A stretch of DNA of 64,000 nt from Parcubacteria group bacterium M10-OD1-1 (lineage in GTDB: Bacteria; Patescibacteriota; Minisyncoccia; Moranbacterales; UBA2206): assembly GCA_003056145.1 (NCBI GenBank), contig LSNL01000003.1:137993-201992 (forward strand), read 5' to 3'. Positions 8,735 through 18,338 of the stretch are shown in pieces. The translations under genes were made by a program, and so were the position numbers. The notes beneath the pieces are model-generated. The model was not told where the DNA came from. It did not search any database and saw only the letters and a program-made list of their open reading frames with translations. The first letter of the stretch is position 1; the number at the start of each line of letters is the position of its first letter.

Positions 8735-10090
8735 ATGACTAATAAAATTTCAGCTAAACATATTACGGAAGATTTAAATCAAGGAGGATTCGTTTTAGTT
8801 CTTAATAATGGAGCAGAAATTGATGGACAAGCGGAGGCTATGCTACAAGGGCTTCATTCTCGTTCGACGGGAGGAATTAAGCATCATTTGCAGATTTTAG
8901 ATGAGAAGGGAGCTGAAAATTTTATGGAACGTTTTTATGTTGGTTATGGACATAAATCAATTGGTGATTGTGGATCAGCAACTGTTTTTGTAGAAGGGAT
9001 TTCAATGTTGGCAGCTAAAGCAATTCAAGATTGGAGATTATATTCTGGACAAGAAGCTTCAACTAGATATGTAGATTTTTCTCAGCAGAAATGTTTAGAT
9101 GCTACTAATACTAAAGAAGGCGAGAAGATTTTAGAAGATTGGATAAAATTTTATTTAGAAGCTCAAAAACCAGTTCAGGAATATCTTAAAAAACAATTTC
9201 CTAAAAAAAGTAATGAGGAAGAGGATTTATACAATAAAGCTATTAAGGCTAGAGCTTTTGATGTAACACGCTCTTTTTTACCGGCAGGAGCTACAACTAA
9301 TGTGGCCTGGAGAATGAATTTTCGTCAATTTGCAGATGAATTAATGCTTTTGCGACATCATCCCTTGGCTGAAGTTCGTGATATAGCAGAAAAAACAGAA
9401 AAAGCTTTAGGGAAAATGTATAATAATTCTTTCGGACAAAAGAGATATTCAGCTACGGAAGATTATAATCAACAATGGATGCAAAAGGGTTATTATTATC
9501 GTAATAATCAAGCCAAAGATTTTTCTCTAATTTATGATTATGTAGATCGAAATTTATTAGCTAATTATGAGGATTTTCTCAAAAATCGTCCAGCTAAAAC
9601 TGAGCTACCAATGGCTATTGCTGAATGTGGAGTTTTATCTTATGAATTATTACTAGATTTTGGTTCTTTTCGTGATTTGCAAAGGCATCGAGCTATTGTT
9701 CAAAGAATGCCTCTTTTGGTTAGGAAACATGGGTTTAACCAGTGGTACTTAGATTCTTTACCAGTAGATTTAAGGGAAAAAACTGAGAAGTTTATTAAAC
9801 TTCAAGAAGAAAGAATTGATAAAATTAAAGCTAGCGATGAAGATAAACAGTACCTAACAGCTATGGGTTATAAAGTTCCTTGCCGTTTTTCTGGAGACTT
9901 AAAAGCCTTAGTCTATTTAGTAGAGCTTCGTTCTACTCGTTTTGTTCATCCAACATTAGTAGCACAAGTTTTAAAGATAATTAAAAGTCTAAAAACATTA
10001 TTTCAAGAAAATGGTTTAGTTTTACATTTAGATGAAGAACCTAATCGTTTTGACATAAAACGAGGAGAACAAGATATTTTAGAAAAATAA
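8735..10090 (+). CDS. thyX: FAD-dependent thymidylate synthase, tandem-domain type
   Basis: GYGHKSIGD, QEASTRY, RSFLP, FRDLQRHR, ELRS; 451 aa, about two Thy1 domains. Confidence 0.88.
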   Translation: MTNKISAKHITEDLNQGGFVLVLNNGAEIDGQAEAMLQGLHSRSTGGIKHHLQILDEKGAENFMERFYVGYGHKSIGDCGSATVFVEGISMLAAKAIQDWRLYSGQEASTRYVDFSQQKCLDATNTKEGEKILEDWIKFYLEAQKPVQEYLKKQFPKKSNEEEDLYNKAIKARAFDVTRSFLPAGATTNVAWRMNFRQFADELMLLRHHPLAEVRDIAEKTEKALGKMYNNSFGQKRYSATEDYNQQWMQKGYYYRNNQAKDFSLIYDYVDRNLLANYEDFLKNRPAKTELPMAIAECGVLSYELLLDFGSFRDLQRHRAIVQRMPLLVRKHGFNQWYLDSLPVDLREKTEKFIKLQEERIDKIKASDEDKQYLTAMGYKVPCRFSGDLKALVYLVELRSTRFVHPTLVAQVLKIIKSLKTLFQENGLVLHLDEEPNRFDIKRGEQDILEK

Positions 10091-10100
10091 ATATAATAAT

Positions 10101-10787
10101 ATGAAACGAGGTAAATTTATTGTTTTAGATGGTACCGATGGAAGTGGAAAAGCTACTCAGACCAAACTTTTAGTAAAAAAATTGAAAGCAGAAGGATATA
10201 AAGTTAGAACTGTAGATTTTCCTCAATATTATAAAAATTTTTTTGGTAAAATGATTGGAGAATGTTTGGTTGGTAAATATGGAGATTTTGTTTCCATTGA
10301 CCCTCATGTAGCTTCAATTTTATATGCAGCTGATCGATGGGAATCTAGCGAAAGAATTAAAAAGTGGCTAAAAATTGGAGATATTGTAATTGCTGATCGT
10401 TATTCTAGCTCTAATCAAATTCATCAGGGCGGTAAAATAAAGAGCAATAAAGAACGTAAACTTTTTTTGAAATGGTTAGAGAAGATGGAATTTGAAGTTT
10501 TTAAAATTCCTAAACCAGACGCAATTATTTATCTAGATGTTCCTTCTAAAATAACTAGAGAATTATTAGGGAAAGTTTCAGCGAAAAAGAAAAAATATTC
10601 TCAAGGTAAAAAAGATTTAGCAGAATCAAATAATAAATATATTCAAAATTCAAGAAAGAGTGCCACCAAGTTAGTAAGTGAATATAATAATTGGGTTAAA
10701 ATAACTTGCGTAAGACAGGATAAAATATTAAGTATAAATCAAATAGCCGATATTATTTATAGTAAAGTCCAAAATATTATTAAATAA
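10101..10787 (+). CDS. tmk: Thymidylate kinase
   Basis: FIVLDGTDGSGKATQ, FPQY, ADRY, PDAIIYLDV. Confidence 0.93.
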   Translation: MKRGKFIVLDGTDGSGKATQTKLLVKKLKAEGYKVRTVDFPQYYKNFFGKMIGECLVGKYGDFVSIDPHVASILYAADRWESSERIKKWLKIGDIVIADRYSSSNQIHQGGKIKSNKERKLFLKWLEKMEFEVFKIPKPDAIIYLDVPSKITRELLGKVSAKKKKYSQGKKDLAESNNKYIQNSRKSATKLVSEYNNWVKITCVRQDKILSINQIADIIYSKVQNIIK

Positions 10788-10809
10788 TTTCTTTAGCTAA
10801 ATTATAAAT

Positions 10810-11139
10810 ATGGAATTTAATGAATATCAAAAAAAATCGCGTAAGACAGCTATTTATCCTCAGGCTGGGAAAAATTTTATTTATCCTACCTTAGGATTGG
10901 CTGGTGAATCAGGAGAAGTAGCAGAGAAAATAAAAAAGGTGATTCGTGATAAGGAAGGAATTATTGATGAAGAGACTCGTAAGGCAGTGGAAAAAGAGCT
11001 AGGAGATGTTCTATGGTATGTTACTCAAATAGCTACAGAATTAAATCTTACAATGGATGAAATAGCAGAACATAATATAGAAAAGCTTTATAGTCGATTA
11101 GAAAGAAATAAAATAAAGGGAAATGGAGATAATCGATAA
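10810..11139 (+). CDS. MazG-like all-alpha NTP pyrophosphohydrolase
   Basis: GLAGESGEVAEKIKK, KELGDVLWY, NIEKL..R. Confidence 0.9.
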   Translation: MEFNEYQKKSRKTAIYPQAGKNFIYPTLGLAGESGEVAEKIKKVIRDKEGIIDEETRKAVEKELGDVLWYVTQIATELNLTMDEIAEHNIEKLYSRLERNKIKGNGDNR

Positions 11140-11174
11140 TTTTATAATTAAAACAAATTTAATATTTAAATGTT

Positions 11175-12641
11175 ATGTCAAAATATACACCAGTTATTGG
11201 GATGGAAGTCCATGTTGAGCTAAAAACTAAATCTAAAATGTTTTGTAGCTCTAAAAATAGTTTAGGTTTAGAAAAAAAACCAAATATCAATATTTGTCCA
11301 GTTTGTACTGGTCAGCCAGGAACTTTACCAGTACCTAATGAGCAAGCTATTGAATTTGTTCAAATGGCTGGCTTAGCTTTAAATTGTGAGTTGGCATTAG
11401 AAAGCAAGTTTGACCGAAAGAATTATTTTTACCCAGATCTTCCGAAAGGTTATCAAATTTCTCAATATGATCAACCTCTTTGCGAAAACGGGTTACTTAA
11501 GGTTAATGGTAAGAGTGTTGGGATTACCAGAATTCATTTAGAAGAAGACACAGGAAAATTAATTCATCCTAAAGGAGTCGGTTATACTCTAGTGGACTTC
11601 AATCGAGCAGGAGTACCTTTAATGGAGCTAGTAACGGAACCAGATATCAAAACTGGGGATGAGGCAAGAGCTTTTTGTCAAAAATTACAACAAATTTGCC
11701 GTTATCTAGAAATTTCTGATGCTGATATGGAGAAGGGGAATATGCGTTGTGAAGCTAATATTTCTCTTCATCGAGAAGGGGAAGATAAATTATCAGGAAC
11801 AAAGGTAGAAGTTAAGAATATAAATTCTTTCAAGTTTGTTGAGAAAGCTATTAATTATGAAATAAAAAGACAAACTAAGCTATTGGAAAAAGGTGAAAAA
11901 GTTAAACAAGAAACGATGGGTTGGGATGCTAATAAAGGAAAAACTATTTCCCAAAGAGCTAAGGAATCAGCTCACGATTATCGATACTTTCCTGAACCAG
12001 ATATTCCGCCACTAAAGTTTACTAAAGAGACAATAGAATTATTAAAGAGAAGGCTACCAGAATTACCAGAGCAAAAAGCTAAGCGTTTTCAGGAAGAATA
12101 TCAACTTCAGCCAGAAGCTATTGAGGTTTTAATATCTCAAAAAGAGTTAGCTTCTTATTTTGAAGAAGTAGTGAGTGAGATTTTAGAAAAAATTAAAGCT
12201 GGTGAATTTAAAGCTAATCAAGAGAAAGCTTTAAAGTTAGCAGCTAATTATATTATTACAGAGTTAAGAAAACATTTAATTAACCATCACGAAAATATTC
12301 AAGCTATAAAAATTACCCCAGAGAATTATGCTGAGTTAATTACTATTTTGGCTTCTGGAGCAATAAACTCTAGTGCTGCCCAGACTATTCTTGAGGAAAT
12401 GTATAAAACAGGAGGAGATCCATCACAAATAATCGAAGAGAAAAATTTAGCGCAAATGAATGATAATGGAGAACTGGAAAAAATAGTCCAAGAAGTTGTT
12501 ATTGCTAATCAAGACTCGGTGGTGGCATATAAAGATGGTAAGAATAAGGCTCTACAATTTTTAGTAGGGCAAATAATGAAAGAAACCAAAGGAAAAGCTA
12601 ATCCAGAGAAAGCAATGAAATTGATTAAAAAGAATATTTAA
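11175..12641 (+). CDS. gatB: Asp-tRNA(Asn)/Glu-tRNA(Gln) amidotransferase subunit B
   Basis: IGMEVHVEL, FDRKNYFYPDLPKGYQISQ, DYRYFPEPD. Confidence 0.97.
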   Translation: MSKYTPVIGMEVHVELKTKSKMFCSSKNSLGLEKKPNINICPVCTGQPGTLPVPNEQAIEFVQMAGLALNCELALESKFDRKNYFYPDLPKGYQISQYDQPLCENGLLKVNGKSVGITRIHLEEDTGKLIHPKGVGYTLVDFNRAGVPLMELVTEPDIKTGDEARAFCQKLQQICRYLEISDADMEKGNMRCEANISLHREGEDKLSGTKVEVKNINSFKFVEKAINYEIKRQTKLLEKGEKVKQETMGWDANKGKTISQRAKESAHDYRYFPEPDIPPLKFTKETIELLKRRLPELPEQKAKRFQEEYQLQPEAIEVLISQKELASYFEEVVSEILEKIKAGEFKANQEKALKLAANYIITELRKHLINHHENIQAIKITPENYAELITILASGAINSSAAQTILEEMYKTGGDPSQIIEEKNLAQMNDNGELEKIVQEVVIANQDSVVAYKDGKNKALQFLVGQIMKETKGKANPEKAMKLIKKNI

Positions 12642-12859
12642 ATCTCACAATTTTTAAAAAAATGGAGAGATGTATATAGATTTTGGTTGTTAGATTTTTA
12701 TGACTGTGTTATGATAAAAAAAATATGAAGTATTTGATATCAAAAAAGAAAGGTGTATTAAATAAGTGATTTAGGTGAATCGTCTTTGACGGTTCTTTTT
12801 TTATAGCTCTTTTTATATAATGAGAAATTTTAGAATAATCTAAAAAAGGGAGGTAGAAT

Positions 12860-13060
12860 ATGAATGCTGTCATTAAAAGATGTGCCTTGTGCAAAAAATC
12901 AGGAATTGATCGATTATATTTTAAAGATAGGAGTCGAGAATATTGGAGTAACGAAGAGAAGGTTAGAAAAATTGCTTTAAGTCAACATGAGTCAGATGTA
13001 TTAGAGACTGATGACCCCTTAGGTCATATTCCATTTGTTCTTTCTTGCGGTTATCATTGA
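12860..13060 (+). CDS. Small hypothetical orphan protein
   Basis: Strong SD GGGAGGT at 12848; N-terminal CxxC and C-terminal C-G-Y-H; hairpin downstream (13085-13108). Confidence 0.55.
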   Translation: MNAVIKRCALCKKSGIDRLYFKDRSREYWSNEEKVRKIALSQHESDVLETDDPLGHIPFVLSCGYH

Positions 13061-13118
13061 TATAGTCAAAAAATTGGCAAAAAAGGGTCGAGAATATAAT
13101 CTCGGCTCTATATTATTT

Positions 13119-14042
13119 TTAGAGAAAAATTGAAACAGTTTTTTCAATTTTAGAATATCTTTCTAACCAAATTATCCTCTTGTCTTTTTGAAACCAAGTT
13201 ATTTGTCGTTTGGCGTAGTTTTTTTCCGCTAGGTAAATTTTTTCTTTTAACTCTTCTTCAGTTTTTATTTCCCCACGCAGATATTGAGGAATTAATTTAA
13301 AACTTAAACCAAAACTTTCAATTTTTTCCCAACTTAAATTTTTATGTAATCTTTTAATTTCAGTAATCATTCCTTTGCGCATTCTATTTTTGACATTTAG
13401 TTTTATTTTTTGATGTATTTCTTTTTTGGTTCGTTGAATTCCAATTTGTAGAAATTCTAAATGATTTAATGTTCTTATTTCAGGTCGTGGAACTTTACCG
13501 AGCGTTTTACAAATTTCTAAAGCTCGAATTAAACGTACTTTATTTTTCGCATCAATGTTTTTAGCACGAATAGAATCGATTCTTTTTAAGCTAGTAAATA
13601 ATTCTTCTGTACTATTTTTGCTTAATTTCTCGCGCAGTTCCCAATTAGGTTTTACTTTAGGAAAAACAACGTTATCAATAATCGCTTTAATCCAAAAACC
13701 TGTTCCTCCACAAATAATAGGAACTTTCTCGCGGTCTAAAATATTAGTAATTACTTTTTCTGCTTCTTTTTTAAATTTGGCAACACTATATTCTTCGGTA
13801 GGGTTAATAATGCTGATAAAATAATGAGAAATACCATCGCTAGTTAGTATTGCTTTGCCGTCAATAATTTTCTTTTCTATAGGCACAGCGCCACTATTAA
13901 TTTCCATTCCCTTATAAATTTGTCGGCTGTCGGCAGAAATAATTTCGCCGTTAAATTTTTTGGCAAGTTTAATAGCCATTCCAGATTTTCCCACTGCCGT
14001 CGGTCCCAAAATCACTATTATTTTACTGTTGACATTCTTCAT
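13119..14042 (-). CDS. miaA: tRNA dimethylallyltransferase
   Basis: GPTAVGKS, ISADSRQIY, GGTGFW, YAKRQITWF. Confidence 0.97.
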   Translation of the reverse strand: MKNVNSKIIVILGPTAVGKSGMAIKLAKKFNGEIISADSRQIYKGMEINSGAVPIEKKIIDGKAILTSDGISHYFISIINPTEEYSVAKFKKEAEKVITNILDREKVPIICGGTGFWIKAIIDNVVFPKVKPNWELREKLSKNSTEELFTSLKRIDSIRAKNIDAKNKVRLIRALEICKTLGKVPRPEIRTLNHLEFLQIGIQRTKKEIHQKIKLNVKNRMRKGMITEIKRLHKNLSWEKIESFGLSFKLIPQYLRGEIKTEEELKEKIYLAEKNYAKRQITWFQKDKRIIWLERYSKIEKTVSIFL

Positions 14043-14405
14043 AGAGTATGCTATATTGAAACATCGTAGAATTTATTAAAAATATCCGCTACAGAGTTAT
14101 TTAAGCATACAATAGCTTAAATATGCAATGGATAATTTAAAGCCTATGTAGGCGAGGAGGTAATTATGATGTAAATCTACGGTCGTCTCTCCGTTATGAG
14201 GCAGGGTGCTCTGAGTTGCATTCACATTAGAACTTGGGTAAGTTTGAGAGACTTGTTAAAAAAATCGGATTTCTGCTGAAAGGGAATATCATATCCTTTG
14301 ACGAATGTTTTCTGTGGAAGATATTTGGTGGCGGTTTGAAAGTTTTTTTTGGCAAGAATTGTGCAATGACACGATTGACTTGCGGTCAAAATCTCTTATT
14401 ATTTT

Positions 14406-14443
14406 GCGGGAATAACAATAATACTGTTACTCCCGCTTTTTTT
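14406..14443 (+). terminator. Intrinsic terminator of an antisense unit between miaB and miaA
   Basis: GCGGGA-ATAACA...TGTTAC-TCCCGC-TTTTTTT. Confidence 0.65.
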
Positions 14444-14481
14444 ATTTTATTGAACTATATCTCATCATAGCGACCTGTTCG

Positions 14482-15807
14482 CTATGATATATTTTTTCCT
14501 TCCAAATTCCAAATATTAGCTTTGATGATTTTTATTTTGACGAATTTGCCAATTAAGTGTTTATTTTTTCCAATCGGTAGCTTTACATTTTTAGCGGTTC
14601 GGGTTTTGCCATAATAAAATCCAGCTTTTTCTTTCTCAACTAATATATCAATAACTTTATCAACATAGTTCTTATTATTGGCATAAGTTGTTTTTTTAAG
14701 AATATCATTAAGATATTTTTCACGACGAACTTTTTCTGATTTAGCTGTCTTATCAGGAAATTCCCAGGCGACGGTTCCAGGACGGGGGGAGAATTGTCCA
14801 AAAAAAACCATGTCAAATTTGGCTTTTCGCATAATTTCAGCACTATCGGCGAATTGTTTTCGAGTTTCTCCAGGAAAACCGACGATAATATCTGAGGTTA
14901 AAGCAAATGGAATATCGGGCTTATATTTTTTGAAAGTAGATTTTATTTTTTGGACGATTCTTATGTATTCCTTAGCAGTGTATTTGCGGTTCATATTTTT
15001 TAAGACTTCATCGTTCCCAGCTTGCAGAGGGAGATGAAAATTTTCACAAACTTTTTTGCATTTAGCGACCATTTCAATCATTTCATCTGTGACATCTTTT
15101 GGATGATTACTAATAAAGCTAATCCAGAATTTTCCAGGAATTGCGTCAATTTTTTTTAAAAGTTTGGGGAAATTTATTTTTTGTTTTGGACTTATTTTTG
15201 AATCGTAACTATTTACATTTTGTCCTAAGAGAATTATGTGTTTAGTACCAGTTTTAATTAAGGTTTTTATTTCAGAAATGATTTCATCGACTGGTCGGGA
15301 AAATTCACGCCCTCTAGCATAGGGAACGACGCAGTAAGCACAGAAATTATTACAGCCAGTCATAATAGGAATATAGCTAATGAATTTATTTTTATAGCGA
15401 GGCTTTATATGAAAATAATTTTTAATTAACTTGGATGTTTTAGAAGAAGAATCTTTAAATATAGGAGGATAATTAAGAATTAGCATTTTTTCTATTTTTT
15501 GAGGAAAATCTTGGATAGAAGTAAATAAATCTACTTTATTTTTTAATCTTGCTTGAATATCAGGACGATTAGCTAAACAGCCAGTTAAAATAATTTTTAG
15601 ATTAGAATCATTTTTTCGTAAATTATGAATTTGCCCATAGACTCGGTCTTCCGCCATTTGACGTACGCCACAAGTATTAAAAATTACAATATCAGATTGA
15701 GTTAGATTTTTAGTTGGCTGAAAATTCCTCGCTTCTAAAAAACTACTAATTCTTTCAGAATCAGAATAATTCATTTGGCAACCAAAGGTTTTTATGTAAT
15801 AATACAC
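14482..15807 (-). CDS. miaB: tRNA-2-methylthio-N6-dimethylallyladenosine synthase
   Basis: TFGCQMNYSDSE, GCNNFCAYCVVPYARG radical SAM motif, C-terminal TRAM; GTG start. Confidence 0.95.
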   Translation of the reverse strand: MYYYIKTFGCQMNYSDSERISSFLEARNFQPTKNLTQSDIVIFNTCGVRQMAEDRVYGQIHNLRKNDSNLKIILTGCLANRPDIQARLKNKVDLFTSIQDFPQKIEKMLILNYPPIFKDSSSKTSKLIKNYFHIKPRYKNKFISYIPIMTGCNNFCAYCVVPYARGREFSRPVDEIISEIKTLIKTGTKHIILLGQNVNSYDSKISPKQKINFPKLLKKIDAIPGKFWISFISNHPKDVTDEMIEMVAKCKKVCENFHLPLQAGNDEVLKNMNRKYTAKEYIRIVQKIKSTFKKYKPDIPFALTSDIIVGFPGETRKQFADSAEIMRKAKFDMVFFGQFSPRPGTVAWEFPDKTAKSEKVRREKYLNDILKKTTYANNKNYVDKVIDILVEKEKAGFYYGKTRTAKNVKLPIGKNKHLIGKFVKIKIIKANIWNLEGKNIS

Positions 15808-15889
15808 GGATAGTTATTTTATAATTAAAAAGTTGATATTTAATAGAATATCCTAAATCTTTAAAAACATCAATAAAAGGAGAAAAATA

Positions 15890-16111
15890 ATGGAAAAGGG
15901 AATGGAAGATATTTTAAGGCGAAATTTCTATTTTTTTGAAGAAAATGAGAAGTTGCAAGCGTATGAGATCCAATCGTTGTTTTGCGCTAAAGAGCAGGAA
16001 AAGATAGTAAAAAAAATGTTAGAAAACGGGATACTTAAAAAAGAAGTAAATGGCTGTATCTCTATTGACGAAAAAGGCAATAATTTGATTGCCGATATGC
16101 ATCTCAAGTAG
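15890..16111 (+). CDS. Small hypothetical protein, possible winged-helix fragment
   Basis: SD AAGGAG at 15877; strong terminator downstream. Confidence 0.55.
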   Translation: MEKGMEDILRRNFYFFEENEKLQAYEIQSLFCAKEQEKIVKKMLENGILKKEVNGCISIDEKGNNLIADMHLK

Positions 16112-16127
16112 TTTTTTTAGGAAAATC

Positions 16128-16161
16128 AGGCTCTAGCGATAGCAATCGCTAGAGCCTTTTT
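16128..16161. terminator. Terminator between convergent orphan and thrS
   Basis: AGGCTCTAGCGAT-AGCA-ATCGCTAGAGCCT-TTTT, perfect 13-bp stem. Confidence 0.85.
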
Positions 16162-16176
16162 AAATTTAATTTTTAA

Positions 16177-17952
16177 TTATTTTTTTTCTTTAATTTCTTG
16201 TTGAATTTTTTGGATTAATTCTGAAAGAGATAATTTTTCTTGTTTTTTTTCATTTCTTTTTCTTAGGGTAACTGTTTTGTTCTCTCTCTCTTTCTCTCCA
16301 ATAATTAACATATAAGGAATTTTTTGTTTTTCGGCTTCCCTGATTTTTTTACCGAGAGAATCATTTTGTTTAAAAATACTAACTCGGATGTCGGCTGCTA
16401 GTAAATCTTTTTTTAGCGTTTCTCCGTAATCTTCAAATTTTTCACTAACTGGAATAATAGCTATTTGCTGAGGTGAAAGCCAAAGTGGAAATGCACCGGC
16501 ATATTTTTCAACTAAGAAAGCAAAAAAACGATCAAAAGAACCCATAATAGAACGATGGATAATAATTGGTCTTTCTTTTTTCCCTTCTGAATTAATAAAC
16601 TCAATATCAAATCTTTCTGGAGAATATAAATCAACTTGGATAGTAGCAAGAGTATCTTCTTTACCGAGAACATTTTTTAATTGAACATCAATTTTTGGTC
16701 CGTAGAAAGCTGCCTCTCCAGTTATTTCTTTAAATTTTTCACCAGAATTTTCTAAAGCGGTTCTAGCATATTCAGTTGACTGCTTCCAAAGCTTTTGATT
16801 GCTAATATCGCCATATTTTTCTTTATCTTCTATGTCTGGTAAAGAAAGACGAAACCAATAATCTTGTATTTTAAAATCTTGATAAACTTTTTGAAAAAGA
16901 GAAAGGACTTTATCTAACTCATTATTAACTTGATCTTTAGAGCAATAGATATGAGCATCGTTTTGAGAAAAAGTTCTAGCTCTAATTAAACCAGAAAGAA
17001 CACCTGATCTTTCAAAACGGTGTAAAGGACTAAAATCAGCTAGACGAAGAGGTAAATTGCGATAACTCATCGGTTTATTTTTATAAATCATATGATGATG
17101 AGGACAATTCATTGGTTTTAAATAATAATTCTCTCCTTCTATCTCTATGGGATTGTACATATCTGCTCGGTAATGAGAAAGATGTCCAGATTTTTTGTAT
17201 AAATTTTCGTGAGTTAGCATTGGAGTATAAACAAAATCGTAACCATTCTTTCTTTCTAGCTCATACATATAATCTTCTAATTTTTTACGGATAAAAGCTC
17301 CTTTAGGAAGCCATAAAGGGAGTCCTTTCCCAATTTCTTCTGAAATCATAAAAAATTCTAATTCTTTTCCTAGCTTACGATGATCTCTTTTTTCGGCTTC
17401 TGCTAATAGTTGGAGATGCTTTTTTAATTCTTTTTGAGAATTAAAAACTGTTCCATAAATTCTTTGAAGCATCTTATTTTTTTCATTACCTTGCCAATAA
17501 GCACCAGAAATTTTGGTTAATTTAAAAGCTTCTGTTTTTATTTCCCCTGTAGAATCTAGATGAGGACCTTTGCAAAGATCAATGAATTTTCCTGTTTTAT
17601 AAATAGACACCTTAGCTTCTCCTTTTTGAATAAGTTTTTTAATGAGTTGAATTTTATAGGGTTGTTTACTGTCTTCAAATTTTTTTAAAGCTTCTTGAAC
17701 GGAAATTTCTGCATATTCAAAAGGATAGTTAGCTTGAATAATTTTTTTCATTTTTTCTTCTAGGATTGGCAAATCTTCAGGGATAAGGGTTCTCGGTAGA
17801 TCAAAGTCATAATAGAAACCATTCTCAATAGCGGGACCAATAGCGAATTGAGCTTCAGGAAACATCTCTAAAATAGCTGAAGCTAAGATATGGGCAGTGG
17901 AGTGGCGAAGGATTTCTAATGTGTTGAGTTTTTTCTCTAGCTGTTTTGACAT
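16177..17952 (-). CDS. thrS: Threonine--tRNA ligase (lacks N-terminal TGS domain)
   Basis: LRHSTAHI, DLCKGPH, RDHRKLGKEL, KPMNCPHH, AAFYGPKID. Confidence 0.98.
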   Translation of the reverse strand: MSKQLEKKLNTLEILRHSTAHILASAILEMFPEAQFAIGPAIENGFYYDFDLPRTLIPEDLPILEEKMKKIIQANYPFEYAEISVQEALKKFEDSKQPYKIQLIKKLIQKGEAKVSIYKTGKFIDLCKGPHLDSTGEIKTEAFKLTKISGAYWQGNEKNKMLQRIYGTVFNSQKELKKHLQLLAEAEKRDHRKLGKELEFFMISEEIGKGLPLWLPKGAFIRKKLEDYMYELERKNGYDFVYTPMLTHENLYKKSGHLSHYRADMYNPIEIEGENYYLKPMNCPHHHMIYKNKPMSYRNLPLRLADFSPLHRFERSGVLSGLIRARTFSQNDAHIYCSKDQVNNELDKVLSLFQKVYQDFKIQDYWFRLSLPDIEDKEKYGDISNQKLWKQSTEYARTALENSGEKFKEITGEAAFYGPKIDVQLKNVLGKEDTLATIQVDLYSPERFDIEFINSEGKKERPIIIHRSIMGSFDRFFAFLVEKYAGAFPLWLSPQQIAIIPVSEKFEDYGETLKKDLLAADIRVSIFKQNDSLGKKIREAEKQKIPYMLIIGEKERENKTVTLRKRNEKKQEKLSLSELIQKIQQEIKEKK

Positions 17953-17975
17953 AATTTTGAATAGTTTAATTATTT

Positions 17976-18124
17976 AAAAATAAAACGCCTAAAAATCATT
18001 TGATTTCGGGTCCTGAACAATCAGGAGGTTCCACCCGAATTCCTATAATCTTTAGGCACTCTTTAAGCTGTTTTGCCAGCTTACCACAGAAACTCCACGA
18101 TTGGTTAGTTCGTATCAAGGTTTC
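17976..18124 (-). promoter_or_regulatory. T-box riboswitch leader of thrS, short Stem I
   Basis: Minus strand: AATTCGGGTGGAACCTCC...GGACCCG antiterminator; Stem I loop ACTAACCAA contains Thr codon ACC; TTGACT/TATAAT promoter upstream. Confidence 0.85.
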
Positions 18125-18338
18125 ATTTCATTGTAAATATATTATATAACTTGCTGGAAATTAGTCAAATTTTAAAAAATTAGGCGCGGATAATCTTAAT
18201 AAAAAAGTAAAAATCAGCTTAGCTTAATCTTTGTTTTCAGACAGAGAAAAGAATTTTTTAAAAGGGGGGCTTGTAAACATTTTAAAAATCCTTATAATAT
18301 AAATAAATAGGGGAGTTAATTATTTAAATAAAAATGTA

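Noticed and set aside
14064-14443. Possible tmRNA, RNase P or 6S RNA given its length
   Set aside because: No tRNA-like ends, no GAGGAAAGTCC core, and no long end-to-end pairing seen.
14234-14470. 78-aa ORF between miaA and miaB
   Set aside because: TTG start just after an in-frame stop, no SD, and it runs through a terminator; treated as part of a non-coding or decayed unit.
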